Below are positions 32,712-42,607 of a stretch of 64,000 bases of DNA, one piece after another. Position 1 is the first letter of the stretch. Each line of letters starts with the position of its first letter. Source of the DNA: Candidatus Poribacteria bacterium (lineage in GTDB: Bacteria > Poribacteria > WGA-4E > PCPOR2b). Location: NCBI GenBank assembly GCA_965116925.1, contig OZ220744.1, forward strand, positions 3,232,001 to 3,296,000, written 5' to 3'. The notes beneath the pieces are model-generated. The model ran no database searches. It saw only the letters and a list, made by a program, of their open reading frames with translations, and had not been told where the DNA came from. The translations under genes and the position numbers were made by a program.

Positions 32712-32867
32712 CGTCGTCTCCCGCGTAAAAATGAACCCATGATAATGTATAAACGATATAACAGCCACAGAAATCCGGACGGGTCAATCGGGATTCAAAG
32801 CAATCTGAATCACAAATTAAACAGATCATACGGAAAACACGGATTCGGAAAAAATCCGTGTAATCCC

Positions 32868-34127
32868 TTAATCCGCGTCAATCCGCGATTCAGACAACGT
32901 AAACCGCATCCCATTAAATCGCCGCCCCAACGCAGCCGCCCGACGCTTAACCCCTTCGAGGTCATCCCCCCTCAACGCGTCAACGATACAATCCGCAACC
33001 TCCGGCACATCCGCCGCCATCATACCACGTCGAGTCACCTCTTGGACCCCAATCCGTAAGCCGTGCGCCCCCAACTCCGCCGGAACGCTCGCCCCACCGG
33101 CGATGATATTACACGCCTCAAGCTGGTCTGCCATCGCTTTGCTCTCACCAAACTCATCAACAATCGGTATCAATGTGTGCGATTCCGTAAACCCAAGTTC
33201 CTGCCCAAGAAGACGAATCCCCCGCTGGTGTAACGCCCGCCCCAACGCTTTTGCGTTACTGATAATTGCGTCCGCATGTTCAGCACCACAAGCCAGCCAC
33301 TCTAAGAATGTCCCCGCCAACGCCGGCAAACGCCCCAAATGATGGTTGCTCTCAAGCAGAGGCGCAACCGCAGGACCAATCTGTTCCGCAAGCACTCTGT
33401 CATTCGTCAAAATTATCCCACCTTGCGGTCCAGCGAGTGTTTTATGCGTGCTCGAAATAATTACGTCCGCACCCTCCTCAAACGGAGACTGAAACCGTCC
33501 GCCGGCGATCAGTCCCATGACGTGAGCGGCGTCATAGATCAGGTATGAATCGGGGCAGTATCGGTTCATCGCCTCCTTCAGCTCGCGGACAGGCTGCGGA
33601 AAGAGAAACACACCCGACCCAATCGTCACCAATTTGGGACGATGCTTCTCGATGAGCGCGACCGTCTGATCAATGTCGATATTAGACCGAACCCCGTCCC
33701 ACGGAATCTCAATAGATTCGAGCGACACCTTCAACGGGGAGGAGGCTAACTTCTGTGCATACTGATGCCCGTTATGAACCTCCAACGCAATATCGCCGGG
33801 CCTTGCTAGCCCAAAGGTGGTTGCGATGCCCGCGATGTTGCCAGAGAGCGGGCGGAGATCAACATACGCCGCACCGAAGAGTTGCTTTGCCAGTTCCTGC
33901 GCCAATTCCTCGATCTGCACAATGAACCGGTTCCCTTGGTAACTTCGCGCCCGTAGATCTATCCCGCTGTAGTTCCCGTAACGCTGATCTAAATCTTCGA
34001 CCAGCAGCCCCTCCACCAACGGACTCGGAACATTTTCAGACGCGATAAGATTCAGACAATCTCCTCGAAATGTGTTGTGCTGCTCCAATAGGGAGTTAAT
34101 CTCTTTAACTTTTCCATTAAAATCCAT
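32868..34127 (-). CDS. Serine hydroxymethyltransferase-like PLP enzyme (divergent)
   Basis: LIASEN, DAAHV.GLIAGG, STHKTLAGPQGG, GLRIG. Confidence 0.85.
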   Translation of the reverse strand: MDFNGKVKEINSLLEQHNTFRGDCLNLIASENVPSPLVEGLLVEDLDQRYGNYSGIDLRARSYQGNRFIVQIEELAQELAKQLFGAAYVDLRPLSGNIAGIATTFGLARPGDIALEVHNGHQYAQKLASSPLKVSLESIEIPWDGVRSNIDIDQTVALIEKHRPKLVTIGSGVFLFPQPVRELKEAMNRYCPDSYLIYDAAHVMGLIAGGRFQSPFEEGADVIISSTHKTLAGPQGGIILTNDRVLAEQIGPAVAPLLESNHHLGRLPALAGTFLEWLACGAEHADAIISNAKALGRALHQRGIRLLGQELGFTESHTLIPIVDEFGESKAMADQLEACNIIAGGASVPAELGAHGLRIGVQEVTRRGMMAADVPEVADCIVDALRGDDLEGVKRRAAALGRRFNGMRFTLSESRIDAD

Positions 34128-34300
34128 AGCAACCTCGTTCTAGACAAGTGCGAAGAGAAACCGAGTTTTTTCTTGAAAACTCGGTTTCTTTGCACTATAT
34201 TCTTAACATGAGCCATTGTTTTCACGTTTCATAACCTGTCCCGATTTATCGGGGCATCACGTTTCACGTTATCAACAGCTGCAAACGAGCACCATCGGTT

Positions 34301-35674
34301 CTATAGCTGCCCCGATGTCACATCCCAGTTTTCTAGTAGAGTTTGGTAAGTTGGGGATTCATAACGCGAAAACAGGAACATCGGCGCATATTTGGGGAGT
34401 TCGCCGCCGGTGATATGAGCCGCCAACAACTCACCCGCCGCCTGAGATGTCATAATACCGTAGCCCGACAGCCCCCCAATCACATACGCCCCCTCAACCG
34501 GCAAGGGACCAATCAACGGTCGATTCTCCCACGTCTTACAGTAGTATCCACCATCGGCGTAGGCTCGGCTTCCGTGACCAAAATACGCCGACAGACCGGG
34601 AATCATCCGGGCAAGCCCGCGTATCAGGATTTCGGGATAATCTGGATCAAACGTGGGGGGCCAAACGGGCGGTTGGGGTTCAATATCATACGTCCAAATG
34701 GCGAGAAGCACATGCGTGTTGCCGTCCATACGTGACCGGAAGTGAACGCCAAACGGAAATTCATCGAGCAGCCAACGGGTCTCGTCATCCGCAGCAAACT
34801 TTTCACGCTCTGCATCAGTCCAAGGCAGCTTAATCGGATCGCTCCAAAACAACAGCGGTGTGTCCGTCGGCACAATTCCCAACTCATCTCGGAGAGCAAT
34901 TTTGCCGTGCAGTTCGTTGAAAACGGGGAGGTCCACCCCTACCATTGCGCCCACCTCTTTGAGATACGGTCCCGCAGCGATCACAAAGGTGCCGGTATTG
35001 ATACAATCCCCGGATTGAAGTTGAACCTCCGTAACCCGATTGTCAGTGACGGTAACACCCCTTACGCGATCCCGGACAAGACGAACGCCAGCGCGTTGTG
35101 CTTCTGCTAACAACCATTTACCCAGTTTTTGAGCGTCTAACCAGCCTGCGCGACGGACATGCAACGCCGCTACCGCATCCTCCGTTACAGCCGGAAAATG
35201 TTCCCGGACGAGATCCGGCGAGAGAAGCAGATCCACGCCGGTGGGAAGCCCCTCAAAGCCTTCGGACGGTGAGGGTATGTAAGGGGTGGGACCCGGATGC
35301 TCCCGAACCGGTCCCGCACCGAGGGCAGAAGTCTCAGCAGCCGCATACTTCATAATGGGGATTTGACCCTCATCTGCTGTCAGGAAAACATAACCGCGGC
35401 GGTTCATTTGGAAACAGTTGTCTGTCTCTTGCGCCAGTTCCTCTAACAGATCAATGGAACGATTCACGAAATGCACCATCGTATCACCGGGACCAGGCCA
35501 CCAATTCCGATATGCCTCTGTCCCTTTATTGCTCGTCAGCGTCAACGGCTCCCGTTCATCAACGAGGACAATGTTCGTAACTCCACCCCTGACCGCTAAG
35601 TGATACGCCGCCGCAATCCCAGCCATCCCCGCACCACAAATAACAACCTCTGAACTTATACTTGTCACACCCAA
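34301..35674 (-). CDS. DAO-family FAD-dependent oxidoreductase (sarcosine oxidase beta-like)
   Basis: GAGMAG, AAGP, PLIG, GLSGYG. Confidence 0.88.
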   Translation of the reverse strand: MGVTSISSEVVICGAGMAGIAAAYHLAVRGGVTNIVLVDEREPLTLTSNKGTEAYRNWWPGPGDTMVHFVNRSIDLLEELAQETDNCFQMNRRGYVFLTADEGQIPIMKYAAAETSALGAGPVREHPGPTPYIPSPSEGFEGLPTGVDLLLSPDLVREHFPAVTEDAVAALHVRRAGWLDAQKLGKWLLAEAQRAGVRLVRDRVRGVTVTDNRVTEVQLQSGDCINTGTFVIAAGPYLKEVGAMVGVDLPVFNELHGKIALRDELGIVPTDTPLLFWSDPIKLPWTDAEREKFAADDETRWLLDEFPFGVHFRSRMDGNTHVLLAIWTYDIEPQPPVWPPTFDPDYPEILIRGLARMIPGLSAYFGHGSRAYADGGYYCKTWENRPLIGPLPVEGAYVIGGLSGYGIMTSQAAGELLAAHITGGELPKYAPMFLFSRYESPTYQTLLENWDVTSGQL

Positions 35675-35734
35675 ATCCCTCCCTCAGAACCAGTGTTCGA
35701 TTCTTGCTTTCACGTTCATAATTCATCTGAATCT

Positions 35735-35763
35735 AACATAGGGCATCGACTGAAAAATGTCAA
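35735..35763 (-). promoter_or_regulatory. Sigma-70 promoter
   Basis: Minus strand TTGACA-17-TATGTT. Confidence 0.55.
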
Positions 35764-36042
35764 GCGAAAATTAGGGGTTAGACATCGGAAATCTCTTGTC
35801 CAAACCCATGAAATCGGTTATCCTTTTCTCCAATAACCCAAGCTGCTACCTAATTGAAGATCTATCTGTTTTCTCGTAGGGGCGGGGTTCCCCCGCCCGT
35901 AAAATCAGTCTTTCGCTCCAGAGGAGCGAGATGTCTATAGACCGGCGATAGGGGTAATCCCTGCGCTCCAGAGGAGCGCAATATTTATAGCAATAAACCA
36001 ATGAACCAATAAACTTTATCATTTCCACGAAGGAGAAAAAAC

Positions 36043-36879
36043 ATGACATACATCGACGCACACGTGCACGTTTGGACAGACGATTTTGATCGCTACCCTC
36101 TCAGTCCACCGTTTCAGGAAAGCGATATGCACCCCAAAACCTTCTACCCCGAAGAACTCCTCGCCCACGCCGAACCATCGGGCGTCAATCGAATTGTGCT
36201 AATCCAGATGAGTTACTACCAGTTTGATAACACCTACATGCTCGATGTGATGGACGGGTATCCGGGCGTTTTCTCAGGAACTGCTATCGTTGATTGGGAG
36301 GCGGAAAGACCCGATGAAACGATGCTAGAGCTTGCCGAGAGGGGTGTCCGCGCATTTCGTATCTATCCGACGGATGCGCCAATCGAGAATTGGTTGGACG
36401 GACCAGGATTTGAGCGGATGTTTGCCACAGGCGCAGCGCACAACCTCGCCATCTGTCCGCTAATTAATCCAGATGCCTTGCCCGCTCTCAGTAGACAGTG
36501 TGAACGATTTCCAGATACGCCAGTCATCATCGACCATTTCGCTCGGATCGGCGCAGACCAACCAATCTGTGAGGAGCATATCGACCAACTGTGTGCAATG
36601 GCGAAACACCCAAAGGCAATGGTGAAGATTTCCGCCTTTTACGCACTCGGTGAAAAAGCACCGCCCTATGATGACCTTGAACCAATGATTCGTCGTGTGT
36701 ATGAGGCGTTTGGATCCGAGCGACTGATGTGGGCAAGCGACTGCCCCTTCCAAGTCGTTGATCACACCTATGAGGACAGCCTCTTCCTGATACGGGATAG
36801 ATTGGATTTTCTCTCCGAATCGGATAAAGACCAGATCCTCCGAAAAACCGCAGAGGATTTCTTCTTTCCAGGAACCTAA
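36043..36879 (+). CDS. Amidohydrolase_2 family (lactonase-like)
   Basis: IDAHVH, IDHF, WASDCP. Confidence 0.9.
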   Translation: MTYIDAHVHVWTDDFDRYPLSPPFQESDMHPKTFYPEELLAHAEPSGVNRIVLIQMSYYQFDNTYMLDVMDGYPGVFSGTAIVDWEAERPDETMLELAERGVRAFRIYPTDAPIENWLDGPGFERMFATGAAHNLAICPLINPDALPALSRQCERFPDTPVIIDHFARIGADQPICEEHIDQLCAMAKHPKAMVKISAFYALGEKAPPYDDLEPMIRRVYEAFGSERLMWASDCPFQVVDHTYEDSLFLIRDRLDFLSESDKDQILRKTAEDFFFPGT

Positions 36880-37122
36880 GTTATAGTAGTAGGCACACTC
36901 CGTATGCCGTAATTCAGGAGCGGTTATAGTAGTAGGCACACTCCATGTGCCGTAATCTGCACCCATCTCCGTAGGCGGGGCATCTTGCCCGACCGATAGC
37001 CCAGTTTTGTAGGTTGGGTTGAACGGCAGTGAAACCCAACATAATGAACCAATGAACTAATGAACAACTCGTTTTCACGTTTCACGCATCACGTTTCACG
37101 CTTTTTGCGTTTGCACTTTCCT

Positions 37123-37536
37123 TAGGACTTACGCACTTCAGTTTTAAGAGTAAAAACGGACGCAGATCTCGCAGATAAAGGTAGCATGAGCGAGATTAAA
37201 AAGGTTACGTTTTGCCTGCGAAAATCAAATTTTCCCATTTTTCCCGCGCAAATGGGAAAATTGTCCCTATTTCAGCATGAAACGTTTTGTCATAGACCTT
37301 CAATCGTATTACAAACAGTTACAAACAATTACATTTTATCGTTGGGATTCTTATTGTTGATTGCAGATTGAGTAGGAGTTACGCACTTCCGTAGGGAACG
37401 CAGATCTGCGTTCCCTACGAACTCCTTGATGGTGCCTCCACTGTAGTTGCCCGATTCATCGGGTGTTGGACATTGTGTTCTGCGGCGATAAATCGCCGAA
37501 CTACAGGGTTTTGAGCACTCAACTGCGTAAGTCCTA
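37123..37536. mobile_element. Composite MITE family B (left ends at 37123 and 37373, one right end)
   Basis: TTTCCT direct repeat flanks the whole unit; 37373-37536 is an inverted relative of 13747-13909. Confidence 0.7.
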
Positions 37537-37755
37537 TTTCCTTCTACAGGCGCCCCAGAGGAAATTCCTTGCCCAATACCACAAAATCGGTTATCCTGTT
37601 TCCTGATCGACACGTTTTACACTTTCTTTTTTTATAAGCCTCCTAGATTGCACTTCCAAACTCAACTGCGCCAATGAACCTGACCAACGTTCTTCACATT
37701 TCACGTTTCACGTTTTGCAATTTCTTTTTCGATGAGCCATAGGAGATAATAACTG

Positions 37756-38685
37756 ATGACAGACTATCGCTTCAAAGTTGGAATGGACCTTCAGATGACA
37801 GGCTTACCTTACGTCGAGGCACTTGCCCTCGCTCAGGAACTCGACGCAAAGTATGGGTGGTTTGGCTTCCTCGACTGGGCAATCGACGGCGAGATCACCG
37901 ATGCTGCGGTTGATGAGATGGGCGAACAAGCAGCCCGGCACGGAGTCGAACTATTCATGATCGGTGCCGGAGGTTCCTTCAGCAAACTGCATCTCGAAGA
38001 TCTGGAGTTGGAAACACTACAAGACCATCCAGAGTTTCAGGAGGATTTCAATCGCCTGATTCAGACAATGGGTGTTGCCAACCGGCTCGGTGTGAGTTCG
38101 GTGCTGTCCTACACCTTCGCATGGCCCGGCGAATACTCCGCTCAGAAGCCGACTTGGCCCATGCGCTGGCTGACGCGCGGCGGTGTCATCGCCGACGTCG
38201 ATATGGAGAAGTTGGTCAAAGTCTTCTCACTCGTGGCGGCGCAAGCAGAGCAGCACGATATCGACGTGGTGCTTGGCAATTTGCCGTGGCACTATACCAA
38301 CACGACCCGCCACTGTCGGGAACTAATTGAGCAAGTCGGTTCCAAACGGCTCAAGATTATGTGGCATCCGTCCGACAACCATACCGCGGGCGAATCGGAT
38401 TCAGCGACCGCGGGCTTTATTAATGTGCGTCCCTACCTCCATTCACTCCACGTAAAAGATCTCGAAGTCCTTGATGGACTGAAAAATAATTTTGAATACT
38501 GTCCGCTTGGCGAAGGCGATGTCGATTACCCGACGGTACTGCGAAATCTGCGTGACCACCGCTGCGATGTGGTCTTTGCTGTCGCCACCCATTTTAAGTC
38601 GCCGAGCGGTTCCGGCGCAGACGCGATGCGAATCAACTTCGCCAAAATCAGACCGCTTATTGAACAGGTAGAATCAGGCGGATAA
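37756..38685 (+). CDS. Sugar phosphate isomerase/epimerase (AP endonuclease 2 TIM barrel)
   Basis: LHVKD, PLGEGDVDY. Confidence 0.82.
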   Translation: MTDYRFKVGMDLQMTGLPYVEALALAQELDAKYGWFGFLDWAIDGEITDAAVDEMGEQAARHGVELFMIGAGGSFSKLHLEDLELETLQDHPEFQEDFNRLIQTMGVANRLGVSSVLSYTFAWPGEYSAQKPTWPMRWLTRGGVIADVDMEKLVKVFSLVAAQAEQHDIDVVLGNLPWHYTNTTRHCRELIEQVGSKRLKIMWHPSDNHTAGESDSATAGFINVRPYLHSLHVKDLEVLDGLKNNFEYCPLGEGDVDYPTVLRNLRDHRCDVVFAVATHFKSPSGSGADAMRINFAKIRPLIEQVESGG

Positions 38686-38695
38686 GGAGGGAACG

Positions 38696-39745
38696 ATGGC
38701 AAACCAACTGAACGTTGCAATCATCGGTTGTGGCGGCATCAGCGGCTCACATATACCGAACATCCTGAAAACGCCAGAGATCCGTCTCGTCGCCACGATG
38801 GATGTTATTGAGGAGGGGGTAAGTAGGAACGGGCGGCGGGTCGGGGCACGGGTGCGTGCCGAAGAAGGGAACGCAGACTACTACACAACCGACCTCAACC
38901 GTATACTCTCCGATCCCGAAATAGATGCGGTGCTCATCTGTTCAACCCACGACACCCATGCAGACATCGCTATCAAAGCCTGTGCTGCGGGCAAACACAT
39001 CTTCGCCGAGAAACCGTTGGCGATGACGCTGGATGAAGCGCGTCGAGTCCAGCAAGCCGTGCACGAGTCGGGGGTACAGCTGATGAGCGGTTGGTGGTTC
39101 AAGCATTCGCCGGTAACCAAACGGCTGCGCGAGGTTATCCCTCAACCGTACTATACCCTCTTCACCTGCCGTGTCTCTTACGACAAACCGAACGATCCCG
39201 AAGGCCCCTACGGCCGCGACGGCATCCTCGACAACTCCGGCTACAATCTCCACTGGATTTGGCACATCATGCGTTCGCAACCGGTGGAGATCCTTGCCAT
39301 GGGCTACAATGGACAGCCGACAAACACCAGCACAATCACTGTTCGCTTCGCCAACGGCGGGATCGGGACCTCTGTCTTCAGCACCGTCGGCAGCGGCGGA
39401 GCCCTCCCCAAACACTACGCCGAAGTCTTGGCTGGGGCAGTAAGTGCAGCAACAATTCGCTTCGGAAACCTCACATTCCAAGGGACTGACGAGCCAGGCA
39501 TCGAACATAACGAATATCACAACGGCTTCGACGAGGAGATGGGTATGTTCGCCCGACTATGCCTTGAGGGCGGCCCAAGTCCGATGGATGCGTGGGAAGC
39601 CTGTATACCGACGCTCATCTTTGAGAAGGCGATTGAATCGATGCGGACACATCAGCCGGTGTCTGTAAACATCGAGGACGAATTCTACCTGCCCGACGGA
39701 AAATTACCCGCCAGCATCGAAAACTTCGGCGATGTGAGAGATTGA
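38696..39745 (+). CDS. Gfo/Idh/MocA oxidoreductase
   Basis: GCGGIS, GKHIFAEKP. Confidence 0.92.
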   Translation: MANQLNVAIIGCGGISGSHIPNILKTPEIRLVATMDVIEEGVSRNGRRVGARVRAEEGNADYYTTDLNRILSDPEIDAVLICSTHDTHADIAIKACAAGKHIFAEKPLAMTLDEARRVQQAVHESGVQLMSGWWFKHSPVTKRLREVIPQPYYTLFTCRVSYDKPNDPEGPYGRDGILDNSGYNLHWIWHIMRSQPVEILAMGYNGQPTNTSTITVRFANGGIGTSVFSTVGSGGALPKHYAEVLAGAVSAATIRFGNLTFQGTDEPGIEHNEYHNGFDEEMGMFARLCLEGGPSPMDAWEACIPTLIFEKAIESMRTHQPVSVNIEDEFYLPDGKLPASIENFGDVRD

Positions 39746-39970
39746 ATTGACATCCGTTTCTAGGGCGTGTTGACATTCGTAGGGGCGAGGTTTCCTCGCC
39801 CAACGGGTTGGGGAACCCAACCCCTACAGGAATCGACCTAATGTAGGGGCAACCCTTGTGGTCGCCCTGTGATCTGGAGATTGTCTGTGTTGTGGGCCGA
39901 CTTAACATGAGCGAACATAATGCGTAACCCTCTGCGATTTTCATCCCGTGTGGGAAATGGAGTCTTTCAG

Positions 39971-40525
39971 ATGAAAGAAGGTCAAATCATTAGAACAATC
40001 CAAAACAACGGCGAAACCGTTACCTTCCGCTACCCCCGATGGCAGGATGTCCCCGCGTACGTCGAGATGTGCAATATCCTACACCAAGAGCGGGTGATGG
40101 CATACCACGCAGAGACCAGCTTCGCCAAGGGTTGTGAAAGACTGAGTGGGATCCTTGTCGATCTGGAAACCGGAAAACGCTCACATCTTCTAATAGAAAT
40201 AGATGGGGAGATCGTCGGAGAAGGCAGCTTGCAACTCGACACCGCACATCGGATGGGAACGCTGGGAATCAAAATCATCGGCAGGTGTCGCAGACGCGGA
40301 CTGGGCAGGGAAATGATGCTGCTCTTGGAAGCGGAAGGTCGAAAGTTCGGTTTGCGCCGGATCTACCTGCACGTCTGGCATCTGAACGAAGCTGCCATTA
40401 GCCTGTATCAGAAGATCGGATACCGAGAAGTAGGGCGCGTACCCGAATGGTACAGCATGAGAGATGACGACGGCAACCTCGTGTATTCAGATCTCATCGA
40501 AATGATAAAGGACATCGGTGGTTAA
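39971..40525 (+). CDS. GNAT acetyltransferase
   Basis: RRRGLGR, NEAAISLYQKIGY; ATG at 39971. Confidence 0.88.
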   Translation: MKEGQIIRTIQNNGETVTFRYPRWQDVPAYVEMCNILHQERVMAYHAETSFAKGCERLSGILVDLETGKRSHLLIEIDGEIVGEGSLQLDTAHRMGTLGIKIIGRCRRRGLGREMMLLLEAEGRKFGLRRIYLHVWHLNEAAISLYQKIGYREVGRVPEWYSMRDDDGNLVYSDLIEMIKDIGG

Positions 40526-40661
40526 ACTTAATGCTGGCGGGAGTTGCACACTTCAACTCCAATTTTATCGGGATTTTATGAATGAAGCGTGAAACGTGAT
40601 GCGTGAGAGGCTTGGTTTATCACGGTTCATGTTTATTTGTCTTGAGCGTTCAGCAGCTGTC

Positions 40662-41648
40662 CTACTTTGTTACCTTTATCTCGCCCCAACGTGTCGGAGC
40701 CAGTCCTTGCAGTGAGACTGGTAGTCGTGGATCCCATTCGTGGGGACCGAGATCGTCTTGGGGATGATTGGTCAACTGGGTCAGCTGCCCATCCTGAAGG
40801 CGGAAACGGTAAATCTCCCAATTATTGCCATCCTTTCTGAAGGTTACTGCCCGATTTCTGCCTGCAAAGAGGATTGATTCCCCATCGGTGGACCAGGTTT
40901 CGCTTGTCATATCCCATTGAGGCAATGGCACCGGCTCCCGCTTGACCGCCTCTTGTCTTCCCGACGGATGGAGCGTAGCAATCACCGCAAACGACTTGTT
41001 TGAATCAAAGCCAATCGTTTCTACATACAGCACCTTTTTCCCATCCGGCGACCACCCGCCCAAAAGTATTTCTGTATTCGGCTTCGGTTGAGAGACTCGC
41101 CACAGCCCCCTGCCATCGGGACGAATCGCGTAAATCTGCCGGCCTTGGCCAATATTGCCTTCAAAGAGAATCTGTTTCCCATCCGGCGACCATTGCGGAT
41201 TCGTGGCAAACTCGAAGCGTGTTACCTGCTTCACCCGACTCCCATTGGCATCCATCACGAAGATATTGAGACGATGATTTTCATCGGCATTCTGCTTGCT
41301 ACGAAACGCAATCTGACTTCCGTCCGGCGACCAGTAGGGATAGCCATCAGATGCAGGATGCTGGGTCAGGTTGTGTTGATTGCTTCCATCGGCGTCCATC
41401 ACATATATCTCCCAATTTCCGTCGCGTTTACTATGGAACGCGATCTGTTGTCCGTTGGGAGACCAAACGGGGGAAGAATCACTCGCCTCGTTGAACGTTA
41501 GTCGTGTTGGGTTACTCCCGTCGGAGTGCATCGTGTAGACTTCGGTGTTTCCATCCCGATGGGAATAAAATACAATTTTGCCCCAAAGGGGAGACGTGAC
41601 AAGCCAAAGACAAACCACGAGGATAATAATTCGCATAGTAACCCTCAC
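40662..41648 (-). CDS. Secreted TolB-like beta-propeller
   Basis: WSPDG repeats, WGEIK tail. Confidence 0.88.
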   Translation of the reverse strand: MRVTMRIIILVVCLWLVTSPLWGKIVFYSHRDGNTEVYTMHSDGSNPTRLTFNEASDSSPVWSPNGQQIAFHSKRDGNWEIYVMDADGSNQHNLTQHPASDGYPYWSPDGSQIAFRSKQNADENHRLNIFVMDANGSRVKQVTRFEFATNPQWSPDGKQILFEGNIGQGRQIYAIRPDGRGLWRVSQPKPNTEILLGGWSPDGKKVLYVETIGFDSNKSFAVIATLHPSGRQEAVKREPVPLPQWDMTSETWSTDGESILFAGRNRAVTFRKDGNNWEIYRFRLQDGQLTQLTNHPQDDLGPHEWDPRLPVSLQGLAPTRWGEIKVTK

Positions 41649-42586
41649 TTGGACACCGCTCTAGCCTTGATGTGCCCCCATGTTCGCGGGAACATCTGTT
41701 GTTTGAGGGAGACCGATAGCCTCCGCCCCCACTCTTGGAGACTATAATCACCGAAAGGCGCGTCCGTCAACTGTATCAATTCATGGGTGTCAAGGCGGAC
41801 ACGGAAGCTGCTTGCCCTGCCATCGTTACTTCCCACAAAGAGTATTGAGCGTCCGTCTGCGCCAAAGCTAACTGATTGAATTGCCAACATTGGGGGGATA
41901 GGCACCTCCGCCTCCATCACCACGTTCAGTAGATCCATATCCAGTGTAGCGACAACGATGCGATCTCCCGCTGCGCCCCATTCTAGATAGACAATCCGCC
42001 TCCCGTCAGGCGACCAACCGCCCAACCACTTCGGCTCACCGAGCCGGTGTTTGGCGACAATCCGCTTGTCCGACCCGTCCGGACGGATCGCATGGAGATC
42101 GCCCTGCCCCTTAAAGAGAATCCACTGCCCGTCAGGTGACCACTTCGGTGACTGCGCGTTAAAGTCGAAGTCAGTCACCTTTCGCACAAATCTGGTGACC
42201 GGGTCCACCGTGTAGATATTCGCATGGCGGTCGGGCGCGTCCCCCGTGAATCTGTCGAAGGCTATCAGCTTCCCATCGGGAGACCAGTCGGGGTGGAGAT
42301 CTTGCTCGTTGTTTTTGTGTCTCGTCAATTGACGGAGGTTCTCTCCGTCGGTGTCTATCACATAGATGTGAGAGTCCCTGTTAAACGCAATCTGGCGTCC
42401 GTCGGGAGACCACGTTGGGGAGAAACTGTCATGTCGGTTATTCGTAATCTGTATCGGCTCCCCGCCATCGGTATTTATCGTAAAGATTTCGTATCTTGCG
42501 TCATCACGATGGGACGAAAACACTATCTTGGCATATAGAGGGCTCGTGGCAAACCAGAAGCAAGCCACGAGGGTAACGACTCGCAT
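41645..42586 (-). CDS. Secreted TolB-like beta-propeller
   Basis: WSPDG repeats, WGHIK tail. Confidence 0.88.
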   Translation of the reverse strand: MRVVTLVACFWFATSPLYAKIVFSSHRDDARYEIFTINTDGGEPIQITNNRHDSFSPTWSPDGRQIAFNRDSHIYVIDTDGENLRQLTRHKNNEQDLHPDWSPDGKLIAFDRFTGDAPDRHANIYTVDPVTRFVRKVTDFDFNAQSPKWSPDGQWILFKGQGDLHAIRPDGSDKRIVAKHRLGEPKWLGGWSPDGRRIVYLEWGAAGDRIVVATLDMDLLNVVMEAEVPIPPMLAIQSVSFGADGRSILFVGSNDGRASSFRVRLDTHELIQLTDAPFGDYSLQEWGRRLSVSLKQQMFPRTWGHIKARAVSK

Positions 42587-42607
42587 AAAGAACCTCCTAC
42601 GTAGGTG

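Noticed and set aside
39760..39778. Lone IS-like end (ctagggcgtgttgacatt); also a lone family B end near 55176
   Set aside because: No partner inverted repeat found nearby
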